DNA from: Patescibacteria group bacterium
Lineage (GTDB): Bacteria; Patescibacteriota; Minisyncoccia; Portnoybacterales; UBA2143
Assembly (NCBI GenBank): GCA_018830295.1
Contig: JAHJSM010000002.1
Location: 14,598 to 78,597, forward strand
Length of the DNA: 64,000 bases
Direction: 5' to 3'
A program made the translations under genes and the position numbers. The notes beneath the pieces were generated by a model. It made no database searches. It was not told the DNA's origin and was given only the letters and a program-made list of their open reading frames with translations. Of the stretch, positions 56,328 to 64,000 are shown piece by piece (the stretch's first letter is position 1; every line of letters begins with the position of its first letter).

Positions 56328-56612
56328 TTATCTTTGGTAACTGTTTTGTCCTTGAGGACGTTGTTCCATCGGGCGAGCCTCATTGACTGTGAGGTTGCGT
56401 CCTTCAAACTCTTTGCCATTCCACATTTCGATCGCTTTTGGAGCGTCTTCGTCGTTTGTCATTTCGACGAAACCGAAACCTCTGGAACGGCCTGACATTT
56501 TGTCGGTGATGATTGCAGTTGAATCAACAGCTCCGGCTTTTTCGAAGGCCTCTTTCAAGGTATCTTCGGTGGTGCTGTAAGGCAATCCGCCAACATATAA
56601 TTTTTTAGACAT
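56328..56612 (-). CDS. RRM-type RNA-binding protein
   Basis: RNP-2 KLYVGGL and RNP-1 RGFGFVEM. Confidence 0.75.
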   Translation of the reverse strand: MSKKLYVGGLPYSTTEDTLKEAFEKAGAVDSTAIITDKMSGRSRGFGFVEMTNDEDAPKAIEMWNGKEFEGRNLTVNEARPMEQRPQGQNSYQR

Positions 56613-56839
56613 TTTTTTCTTCTTAATAAACTTGAACTATAGCTCGACCTTTCTTCCCGTTTCGCTAAAACTTTTACTTGAATGAAGATACAGGACGAAC
56701 CTAATCCTACTAAGAAAAGAAAGCTGACCGAGAACTTTATGTTGGGAGTATAAACCTTATTGTTTAGGAAGTCAAGTGTTTCTGACCTGTGGATTTTTTG
56801 CTTGTCATTTTTGATTTGTTTGTGGTATGATTTGACGGA

Positions 56840-57568
56840 ATGAATAAAAAAGAAATCAAAAATATTCCTAATCATATTGTTGTTGTCCCTGATGGCAATC
56901 GGCGTTGGGCTAAGAAGCGAGGGTTGTCTCCTTGGGAGGGGCATTTGGAGGGAGCAAGAAATACGGAGAAATTAGTAGAGGCGGCTTTTGATATGGATAT
57001 TAAATGTTTTTCTTTGTGGGGAAGTTCTTGGGCGAATTTGACCGAGCGGCCTAAGGCGGAAGTGAAGGCGCTTGTGAAAATATATGAACGATATTTTCGC
57101 AAATTGATTAAGAATAAGAAAATTTATCAAAATGGCGCGCGCGTTAATATTATCGGACGGTGGCGCGAGGTTTTGCCGGAGAAATGCGCGCGAGCGGCCG
57201 ATGACTTGATTAAGGCGACCAAAGACCATAGCGAGCGGTTGCTTAATATTTTTATCGCCTATAACGGCACTGATGAAATGTTGGCGGCGATTAAAGATAT
57301 TGTCAAGGAAGGGCGAGAGAACAAGGGGTTGAAAATTACGGGCGCCTTGCTTAAGAAGCATCTTTGGAGCGGGGATTTGCCGTTGGTTGATTTTTTAATT
57401 AGAACGGGGAGCGGGGACGACCCGCATAATAGCGCCGGGTTTATGATGTGGGGTTGCGCTAACAGCCAATTGTATTTCGCGAAGGAATTTTATCCTGATT
57501 TTGACGAGAAGAAGTTCACGGCGGCGGTTAATGATTTCGCAAAAAGACAAAGGCGTTATGGAAAATAA
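56840..57568 (+). CDS. uppS: undecaprenyl-diphosphate synthase (cis-isoprenyl transferase)
   Basis: HIVVVPDGNRRWAKKRGL (DGNRRWA), GRWREV..; extended -10 TGTGGTATGAT ends 9 nt before the ATG. Confidence 0.85.
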   Translation: MNKKEIKNIPNHIVVVPDGNRRWAKKRGLSPWEGHLEGARNTEKLVEAAFDMDIKCFSLWGSSWANLTERPKAEVKALVKIYERYFRKLIKNKKIYQNGARVNIIGRWREVLPEKCARAADDLIKATKDHSERLLNIFIAYNGTDEMLAAIKDIVKEGRENKGLKITGALLKKHLWSGDLPLVDFLIRTGSGDDPHNSAGFMMWGCANSQLYFAKEFYPDFDEKKFTAAVNDFAKRQRRYGK

Positions 57569-58616
57569 AAATTTAAAATTATTTAACGAGGTTTTAGGGA
57601 GATATCGGCGGGGGATTGATTTGGAAATTGAAAGATTTTTTGGGCGGAAGATTAAGGAGACAGGACTTATTTCCAAATCGGCGGCGGAGACGATTAAGGT
57701 TTTGCGCGAGTTTAATTTAAGGGGCGGCAAGAGAGCGCGCCCTGTTTTAGTTATCGTTGGATATTTTTTGGCGGGCGGGAAGGATAAAAAAGCGATTTTG
57801 AAAGCGTCGCTCTGCGTGGAGTTGGTTCACAATTTCTTTTTAATTCATGATGACATTATTGACCGAGACGAAACAAGGCGCGGGAAGCCGTCTCTTTACG
57901 CTTTTTACAAAAAGAAATTTGGCGGCGATTTGCATAAGGGGATTTCTTTCGCTCTGATAGCGGGCGATATTAGCAATGTTTTGGGATGTCAGATTTTGAC
58001 GGAAAGTGATTTTGACGAAAAAAATAAAACGCGGGCGTTGGGTATTTTAAATAAAACAATTGAGGGGACTTGTCATGGGGAAATGCTGGAAATGTTTTTG
58101 AAAGAGAAAAAGAATATAAGCGAGGGTGAGATAGAAAGTGTTTTAAGGCATAAGACGGCATATTATTCTTTTGCCGCTCCGCTTAAAATAGGCGCGGCTT
58201 TGGCGGGAGGGAGCGCGCGGCTTTTAGAGAAGTTGGAGCGGTTTGCTTTGCCAATTGGCGTCGCTTTTCAAATTCAAGATGATATTTTAGGAATTTTTGG
58301 CTCGCGGGAGAAAATAGGCAAGCCGATTTGTTCAGACATCAGGGAGAGCCAGCCAAATCTTTTAATTTTTAAAACGATCGCTTTTACAAAGGGAAACCCT
58401 TTAAAGAAATATTTGGGCAAGCAGGAAATTAGCCGGGGTGATGTTGTCGCGATAAGGCGGATAGTTAAGGAGAGTGGCGCTTTGGATTATTGTCGCGCGA
58501 AGGCGGAGGGATTGATTGAAGAGGCAAAAGCGATAATCGCGAAGATTGATATGCCGCGCGAGGAGAAAGAGTTTCTTTTAGGGCTGGCGGATTTTGTAGT
58601 AAGAAGGGAGATGTAG
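57557..58616 (+). CDS. trans-polyprenyl diphosphate synthase (GGPP/octaprenyl synthase family)
   Basis: first DDxxD LIHDDIIDRD, second FQIQDDILG; ORF track start 57501 overlaps uppS by 68 nt, Met at 57557 (12-nt overlap) preferred. Confidence 0.75.
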
Positions 58617-58624
58617 TTAAGACG

Positions 58625-58657
58625 GGAGCAGCCCCCGAAGACGGAGGACTGCCCCCT
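58625..58657. repeat. degenerate GC-rich paired palindrome GGGAGCAGCCCCC-GAAGAC-GGAGGACTGCCCCC (repeat family copy 7)
   Basis: same subfamily as 28058-28090 (GACGGGGGCAGCCCCCGARGACGGRGGACTGCCCCC). Confidence 0.6.
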
Positions 58658-58678
58658 TTTCCGCCTACTTTTAATTTT

Positions 58679-59308
58679 ATGGAAAAACTGATTAACCAAC
58701 TTATTCGAGACGGGTATCTAAAAACCCCTGGGATTATTGACGCTTTTCGGGAGATTCGACGAGCTGATTTTGTTCCCGCGGAGATTATTAGGGAGCAGGG
58801 TGAGGATTTTGTGAATGAATATAACGCGCCTTTGTCAATTGGTTTTGACCAGACGATTTCTCAACCGCTGACAGTCGCTTTTATGTTAGAATTGCTTCAG
58901 CCAGAGGAGGGACATAATGTTTTGGATGTTGGTTCAGGTTCGGGATGGCAGACGGCTTTGCTTTGTCAAATTGTCGGCGCTAAGGGATTTGTGAACGCGA
59001 TTGAGTTTATTCCCAAATTAAAAAAGTTTGGAGAAAACAATATTAAGAAGTATAATTTTAATAATGTTAAGTTTACTTGCGGCGACGGCTCAAAGGGGCT
59101 GGGAGAGAAAGCGCCTTTTGATAGAATTATCGCCGCCGCTTCAGGGAAGAAGATACCGCAGGCCTGGAAAGAGCAATTGAAAATTGGTGGGCGATTGGTG
59201 GCGCCGGTTGAAAATAGCATTTGGCTTTTGGTTAAAAAAAGCGCGAGGAAGTTTGAAGAGAAGGAATATCCGGGATTTGCTTTTGTCCCTTTGGTGACAG
59301 GGAAATGA
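58679..59308 (+). CDS. pcm: protein-L-isoaspartate O-methyltransferase
   Basis: FDQTISQPLTVAFMLELL and SAM-binding VLDVGSGSGWQTALL. Confidence 0.8.
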   Translation: MEKLINQLIRDGYLKTPGIIDAFREIRRADFVPAEIIREQGEDFVNEYNAPLSIGFDQTISQPLTVAFMLELLQPEEGHNVLDVGSGSGWQTALLCQIVGAKGFVNAIEFIPKLKKFGENNIKKYNFNNVKFTCGDGSKGLGEKAPFDRIIAAASGKKIPQAWKEQLKIGGRLVAPVENSIWLLVKKSARKFEEKEYPGFAFVPLVTGK

Positions 59309-59409
59309 GTCGGTGAAAAACCGCGTTTAAATTTTTTTGAACGCTTTAGCCCTAAAGGGCGCCCCACGCGTATCAAAAAAATCTAAAATGCTTTGCCCCC
59401 TATGATTAT

Positions 59410-60366
59410 ATGAGTACTAGGTTTTTTTTATCATCTGTTCTTTTGATATTCGTTTTGGGCGGATTGTTTTTGGCTTTGGTTGGTTTTCAATTTAATATTC
59501 CTCTTGAGAGAGAGCCAACGGAGCAGGGGTTTGTTGTTAAAAAAGGGGATAGTTTAAGGATGATTGCCGCTGATTTGGAAAATGAGGGTTTGATTAGGGA
59601 CAAGATTTGGTTTGTTGGTTATGTTCTTTATCAGGGCTGGGCGGCTAAATTACAGGCGGGACAATATATTTTGAGCCCTTCTTTAAATATTAAACAAATC
59701 GCCGAGAAAATGGCGAAGGGAGAGGCGATTTCGCAAGATGTTGAAATTACTATTCCCGAGGGATTTACTTTGAAAAAAATAGACGCGCGTTTGGCAAAGG
59801 CAGGTCTGATTGAGGCGGGCGAACTTATAATATATCCAAAGTTAGAGGGGTATTTGTTTCCGGATACTTATCGTTTTAATGTCGCGAGCGAGTTGAGGGA
59901 TATTGTTTACAAAATGAAGGATAATTTTGATAAGAAGTTGGATAATAGTTTACGGGCTGAAATCAAGAAGCAAGGGAAAACGGTTGAGGAAGTTGTGATT
60001 ATGGCGAGCATCCTTGAGAAAGAAGTGAGAACTGACCGAGATAGACGAATTGCTTCGGGGATTTTTTGGAGGCGGCTCGGAAACAATTATCCTTTGCAGT
60101 CCTGCGCGACAATCGCCTATATTTTAGACGAGGATAAGTGGCGTTATTCCACGGAGGATACAAAAGTTGATTCGCCGTATAATTCGTATCAGAATGTCGG
60201 TTTGCCGAAGGGGCCGATTTGCAACCCGGGGCTTTCGGCGATTCGCGCCGCGATTAACCCGCAGGAGAATGATTATAATTTCTTTTTATCAAAGCCAGAC
60301 GGAGAAACGGTTTTTAGCAAGACATTGGATGAGCATAATATGAATAAGGCGAAGTGGTTGGAGTAA
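59410..60366 (+). CDS. mltG: endolytic murein transglycosylase MltG (YceG-like)
   Basis: N-terminal TM, YceG-like core ending ...EVRTDRDRRIASGIFWRRLGNNYPLQSCATIAYIL. Confidence 0.7.
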   Translation: MSTRFFLSSVLLIFVLGGLFLALVGFQFNIPLEREPTEQGFVVKKGDSLRMIAADLENEGLIRDKIWFVGYVLYQGWAAKLQAGQYILSPSLNIKQIAEKMAKGEAISQDVEITIPEGFTLKKIDARLAKAGLIEAGELIIYPKLEGYLFPDTYRFNVASELRDIVYKMKDNFDKKLDNSLRAEIKKQGKTVEEVVIMASILEKEVRTDRDRRIASGIFWRRLGNNYPLQSCATIAYILDEDKWRYSTEDTKVDSPYNSYQNVGLPKGPICNPGLSAIRAAINPQENDYNFFLSKPDGETVFSKTLDEHNMNKAKWLE

Positions 60367-60372
60367 AAAACT

Positions 60373-60915
60373 ATGACTAAAAATTTAAACAAAAAGATAG
60401 CGATGGTGATTGCTTTTTCAGATTTTAAGGATGAGGAATATTTTATTCCGCGGGAGATTTTTGAACGGGCGGGGGTTGAGGTCGCGACGGTTAGCAACAA
60501 AAGTGGAATGGCGCGCGGGGTGAGCGGGGCGGAGGTGGCGGTTGATGTTAAGTTAGATAATTTGGAAGTGGCGGATTATGACGGGGTGGTTTTCGTGGGT
60601 GGTTCGGGATGTTTGGAAAATCTTGATAATGAGTCGTCATATAGTATCGCGCGGGAGGCGGTTGAGCGGGGCAAGGTTTTGGCGGCGATTTGTATTTCTC
60701 CTATTATTTTAGCCAAAGCGGGTGTTTTGGAAGGAAAAAAAGCGACGGTTTGGTTTGACCCTTTGTACAAGGAACCGATTAAAATTCTTAAGGAAAATGG
60801 AGCTGTCTATCAAGAAAAAAGTGTTACCGCGGACGGAAAAATAGTCACCGCCAACGGACCGCAATCAGCAGAGGATTTTGCGGAAGCGGTGTTGGAGGTC
60901 TTGACAAGGGATTAA
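60373..60915 (+). CDS. DJ-1/PfpI family protein
   Basis: nucleophile elbow context AAICISPIILAKAG; class I glutamine amidotransferase-like fold. Confidence 0.75.
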   Translation: MTKNLNKKIAMVIAFSDFKDEEYFIPREIFERAGVEVATVSNKSGMARGVSGAEVAVDVKLDNLEVADYDGVVFVGGSGCLENLDNESSYSIAREAVERGKVLAAICISPIILAKAGVLEGKKATVWFDPLYKEPIKILKENGAVYQEKSVTADGKIVTANGPQSAEDFAEAVLEVLTRD

Positions 60916-60944
60916 AAAAGGATTAGGGTGGAGATAATAACAAA

Positions 60945-61030
60945 TGAATAGCCATAGACAATAGGCAGGCGATAAGTCCTATCGAGGTAAAGAAGTTTTG
61001 GGATTTTTGGTCTGTCTATGGTTGACGGAC
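60945..61030 (+). promoter_or_regulatory. candidate ribosomal protein L10 leader (autoregulatory structured 5' UTR)
   Basis: nested stems CCATAGACA...TGTCTATGG and ATAGG...CCTAT immediately upstream of rplJ; no covariance model run. Confidence 0.4.
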
Positions 61031-61037
61031 TTTTTTT

Positions 61038-61556
61038 ATGATTACAAAAGAAAAGAAAAAGGAAATTGTGGATGGTTTGACGGATAAACTTTCGCGGCAG
61101 ACAGCGGTTGTTTTTTTTGATTATACTGGACTGAAAGTTAATCAGGTTCAGAAATTGCGCGAGAAGTTGAGGGGGGAAGAAATAGATTGTCAGGCGAGCA
61201 AAAAAACATTGATTGATTTGGCTTTGGGCAAGGCAGGATTAAGCGGAGTTAAGATTAAGGATTTACCCGGGCAGGTCGCGATGGTTCTTGGGTATAAAGA
61301 TGAGGTTGCGCCGGCTAAGATTTTGTATGATTTTTCAAAAGGTAATGAAAATTTGAAGATTTTGTCTGGTTTTGTTCAGGGAGAGTATTTGGGAAATGAT
61401 GCGATTTTAAGTTTGGCTAAACTTCCGTCTAAGCAAGAATTGTTAGGAAAATTGGTTGGCAGTATCGCGTCGCCTTTGTCGGGCATGGTTAATGTTTTGC
61501 AGGGCAATTTGAGAGGATTAATTTGTGTATTAAAACATAAGGGATTAAAAGCGTAG
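61038..61556 (+). CDS. rplJ: 50S ribosomal protein L10
   Basis: L10 N-terminal KKEIVDGLTDKLSRQTAVVFFDYTGLKVNQVQKLR; followed by rplL. Confidence 0.85.
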   Translation: MITKEKKKEIVDGLTDKLSRQTAVVFFDYTGLKVNQVQKLREKLRGEEIDCQASKKTLIDLALGKAGLSGVKIKDLPGQVAMVLGYKDEVAPAKILYDFSKGNENLKILSGFVQGEYLGNDAILSLAKLPSKQELLGKLVGSIASPLSGMVNVLQGNLRGLICVLKHKGLKA

Positions 61557-61607
61557 GGCTTGAAATTAAATTTCAAGTTTTAGTTTGTAATTTCTATAAT
61601 AAAAAAA

Positions 61608-62039
61608 ATGACTGAAGAAAAAAAAGTAGAAGAAAAAGTTGAAGAGAAAGTTGAAGTTCCAGCGAAGTTTAAGGACTTAGTCAAACAGATTGAGGAATTA
61701 AGCGTTTTGGATTTGGCAGAATTGGTTAAGGTTTTAGAAGAAAAGTTCGGCGTTAGTTCTACTCCGATGATGGCGATGCAGGCGGCGGGCGGAGCGGCAG
61801 CGGGCGGAGAAGCCGCGGCGGAAGAAAAGAGTTCTTACAATGTGGAATTGAAAGCCGCGGGCGAACAGAAAATTTCTGTGATTAAGGCGGTTAAAGAAAT
61901 TACGGGATTAGGTCTTAAAGAGGCCAAGGATTTAGTTGATGGCGCGCCGAAAATGATCAAAGAAGGCGTCAAAAAAGAAGAAGCCGAAGAGATGAAGAAG
62001 AAGTTAGAAGAAGCAGGCGCGGTGGTGGAGTTAAAATAA
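61608..62039 (+). CDS. rplL: 50S ribosomal protein L7/L12
   Basis: Ala/Gly-rich hinge and C-terminal [56 protein letters not shown]. Confidence 0.85.
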   Translation: MTEEKKVEEKVEEKVEVPAKFKDLVKQIEELSVLDLAELVKVLEEKFGVSSTPMMAMQAAGGAAAGGEAAAEEKSSYNVELKAAGEQKISVIKAVKEITGLGLKEAKDLVDGAPKMIKEGVKKEEAEEMKKKLEEAGAVVELK

Positions 62040-62057
62040 TCTAATAGCAAAAAAAAT

Positions 62058-62633
62058 ATGGCTAAGGAAATTTTGGAACAACTTTTTGACTCTCCGGTCA
62101 AAGTAAAACTTCTGAAGCTGTTTTTGAGGAATCCTGAAAAATCCTTTGAGTTAAAGGAAATAGTTGAGCGCGCGAAGACCGATGTTTCGGCTTCGCGTCG
62201 GCAGGTGGCAAAGTTGGAAAGTATTAAGCTCATTACCTGTCGATTAAAAAACAAAAAGAAATTGTATTCAATCAATCCTGATTTTGATTTTTACAACGAA
62301 TTAAAGACGCTCGTTTTGAAATCTAGTCCGGCGTCTAAAAATAAAATATTAAAGCGGTTAAAAATACTGGGAAGAATTAACTTGGCTGTTCTTTCCGGTA
62401 TTTTTGTTAACGCGGAAAACGCGCGCGTTGATATAATGATCGTGGGTGATAACATTAAACAAAGCAGATTGTCGGTTTTCATGAAAGACCTGGAAGCGGA
62501 AGTCGGCAAGGAAATTGATTATGTTGTTTTATCCACGGAGGACTTCAAATATCGCTACGATATGTTTGACCGGTTCATCAAGGATGTTCTTGAAAAACCG
62601 CACGAGAAGTTGATCAATAGGTTGAAGTTGTAG
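62058..62633 (+). CDS. hypothetical protein (possible winged-helix N-terminus)
   Basis: ORF with good coding periodicity; no confident domain. Confidence 0.3.
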   Translation: MAKEILEQLFDSPVKVKLLKLFLRNPEKSFELKEIVERAKTDVSASRRQVAKLESIKLITCRLKNKKKLYSINPDFDFYNELKTLVLKSSPASKNKILKRLKILGRINLAVLSGIFVNAENARVDIMIVGDNIKQSRLSVFMKDLEAEVGKEIDYVVLSTEDFKYRYDMFDRFIKDVLEKPHEKLINRLKL

Positions 62634-62634
62634 G

Positions 62635-62706
62635 GGGCGCATGGCTCAATGGTAGAGCGTCGCGTTCACATCGCGAAGATCTCTGGTTCGATCCCAGATG
62701 CGCCCA
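62635..62706 (+). tRNA. tRNA-Val (anticodon CAC)
   Basis: acceptor GGGCGCA/TGCGCCC, D GCTC/GAGC, anticodon stem TCGCG/CGCGA with loop TTCACAT, T-arm TCTGG-TTCGATC-CCAGA, discriminator A. Confidence 0.75.
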
Positions 62707-62723
62707 CGTAACTTAATTAAGAC

Positions 62724-62756
62724 GGGGACAGTCCCTCGCCGCGAGGGACTGTCCCC
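62724..62756. repeat. GC-rich paired palindrome variant GGGGACAGTCCCTCG-CCG-CGAGGGACTGTCCCC (repeat family copy 8)
   Basis: perfect 15-nt inverted arms after tRNA-Val. Confidence 0.8.
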
Positions 62757-62788
62757 TCGGGATGGGAATAAGGTTGTGCGGCGGAGAT

Positions 62789-62819
62789 GGGGGCTGCCCC
62801 CGCCGCGGGGGCAGCCCCC
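62789..62819. repeat. GC-rich paired palindrome GGGGGCTGCCCCC-GCCGC-GGGGGCAGCCCCC (repeat family copy 9; identical to copy 1)
   Basis: identical to 6427-6457; followed by terminator hairpin AGCCGTTTT-ATAAAACGGCT plus T-tract at 62829-62862. Confidence 0.8.
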
Positions 62820-62951
62820 ATCGGTGAGATAGCCGTTTTTATAAAACGGCTGTTTTTATTTCTAAAAAATTGGACAGACATTGACTTTTGTGTTGCGATA
62901 TGGTAAGTTGGCTGGAGTTGACAATTTGTACTTTGATAACTAAATAACGAA

Positions 62952-63251
62952 TTGAAAGGGGGTAGAATTATGTTTGCGCAATTTATTATAACTAGCGTTT
63001 TGGTAATTGGAATTGGTTATCTTCTTTGGAAGTATGTTGGCAAACCGTATATTAAAAATTATGGTATTGATGAAGAATCTACAGAAGATGATTTGCCGAC
63101 TCTCCAGAGAAAGATACGAGAGCTTGAATGGAAAAAGGCGGAGATAATATCTTTGACGCAAGAAATTGAGACGACGGTTAATCTTAATGAAATTAATGAT
63201 CAACTTGCTGAGCTTCGCGTTAATCTTGCGAATCTTGAATCAAAACAATAA
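62952..63251 (+). CDS. small membrane-anchored coiled-coil protein
   Basis: N-terminal TM then heptad-like charged region. Confidence 0.3.
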   Translation: MKGGRIMFAQFIITSVLVIGIGYLLWKYVGKPYIKNYGIDEESTEDDLPTLQRKIRELEWKKAEIISLTQEIETTVNLNEINDQLAELRVNLANLESKQ

Positions 63252-63266
63252 AAGGAGGATAGACCG

Positions 63267-64000
63267 ATGGAAGGGAAAATAGGAAAAAATCAAATCAAAA
63301 TAGCAGTAGTGGTAGTAACGGTGATATTATCTCTTTTGTTTGGCAGTAAGATCTTTGAAACTGTTAAAAAAGGGACATACCAAATCAAGCAGGCGGCTGT
63401 TACCGGCAAAATGAGCGCCAAAATGGTTCCTGGTCTTTGGCTCCAGCTATTTGGAGATATTCAAGTTTGGCCAAAGGCAGATACTTTCTATTTTACTGCT
63501 GATAGTGAAGAAGGAGAAGGTAAGGACCAAAGCATAGAGGTAAGGTTTAACGATGGGTCTTTGAGTAGAATTTCAGGAACTGTCAGAATAACCATGCCGA
63601 CTTCAGAAGAACAAGTTTTATCGCTCATAACAGAGAAGGGATACAAGAGTTTTGTAGATTTAGAGCAAAAACTCATACTTCCGCATGTTAGAAATTCTTT
63701 GCGTTTAGCGGCTAATCTAATGTCTGCAAGGGAGTCCTATGCCGAGAAAAGACCAGATTACATCAGTTGGACATGGGATCAAATACAGAATGGGGTCTAT
63801 AAAACAAAAGAAGAGGAACGTAAGGTTAAAGATCTTCTTAGCGGAGAAGAAATAACAAAATTGTTTAAAACTATCAAAGAAGATAAAGACGGTAATCCGC
63901 TAAGAGAAGTCAGTCCCTTGGATGATCTTGGAATTATAATTAGTAATTTCGAGGTTAAAAAGTTTATTTATTCAGATAAGGTTCAAGAACAGATAGCTAC
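63267..64000 (+). CDS. membrane-anchored protein, 3'-partial (possible SPFH/band-7-like); not in ORF track because it runs off the window
   Basis: RBS AAGGAGG 8 nt upstream of ATG 63267; open frame to window end; N-terminal TM. Confidence 0.4.
   Translation, partial: MEGKIGKNQIKIAVVVVTVILSLLFGSKIFETVKKGTYQIKQAAVTGKMSAKMVPGLWLQLFGDIQVWPKADTFYFTADSEEGEGKDQSIEVRFNDGSLSRISGTVRITMPTSEEQVLSLITEKGYKSFVDLEQKLILPHVRNSLRLAANLMSARESYAEKRPDYISWTWDQIQNGVYKTKEEERKVKDLLSGEEITKLFKTIKEDKDGNPLREVSPLDDLGIIISNFEVKKFIYSDKVQEQIA

Noticed and set aside
57501-57556. Upstream start (57501) for the polyprenyl synthase giving a 68-nt overlap with uppS
   Set aside because: N-terminal extension MTRRSSRRRLMISQKDKGV is non-conserved-looking. 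Met at 57557 gives a conventional 12-nt overlap.
6427-62819. Possibility that the recurring GC-rich palindromes form a CRISPR array
   Set aside because: Copies are tens of kb apart, not separated by regular 25-40-nt spacers, and no cas genes are present. They behave as dispersed REP-like/terminator palindromes.

Overview
This window reads like a reduced, AT-rich genome of the Patescibacteria/CPR type. The evidence is compact core genes (AlaRS of 599 aa, EF-Ts of 149 aa, RF1 of 240 aa), tight gene packing, many small genes, and extended -10 promoters close to start codons (possible leaderless transcripts). No BLAST or covariance-model scoring was possible, so all calls rest on motifs read from the six-frame translations and on manual folding.

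Content by region:
- 1-34 kb is housekeeping. It includes a KamA-family radical SAM gene (5' partial), rlmN, a secreted beta-helix/metzincin protease next to a caspase-like peptidase, a DapL-like aminotransferase, a HigB/HigA-like pair, alaS, NUDIX, an SPFH protein, a cupin followed by a GT4+GpgS-like glycosyltransferase fusion, uppP, a SIMPL protein, a HlyD/ABC ATPase/two-permease MacAB-like exporter, UDG family 4, mnmA, a thioredoxin-CcdA fusion, a HAD hydrolase, trpS, a domain-1-less RF1, rpmE, rpsB and tsf.
- 32.1-34.6 kb is a tRNA/translation hotspot. It holds tRNA-Thr(UGU), then a class-I tRNA-Tyr(GUA) with C1:G72/A73 immediately upstream of an archaeal-type TyrRS. These are followed by a LAGLIDADG-like ORF, a tRNA-Thr(GGU) interrupted by a ~213-nt group I intron, rpmG (L33, absent from the ORF track) and tRNA-Trp(CCA).
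- At tRNA-Trp an integrated element begins. Its large serine recombinase has its last 18 codons encoded antisense to the tRNA 3' half. The element carries a MerR-like HTH, membrane proteins, a Xer-like tyrosine recombinase and RadC. It also contains a ~2-kb ORF-poor, GC-elevated region, a candidate C5-methyltransferase/restriction endonuclease pair and a 1065-aa SF1 helicase-DUF559 nuclease fusion.
- Downstream lie a 1939-aa secreted subtilase with about 8 tandem Ig-like repeats, a CAP-domain protein, an RRM protein, uppS, a polyprenyl synthase, pcm, mltG, DJ-1/PfpI, rplJ-rplL and tRNA-Val.

An intergenic GC-rich paired-palindrome family (GGGGGCWGCCCCC x2) occurs at least 9 times. One copy sits in frame inside the glycosyltransferase fusion gene.
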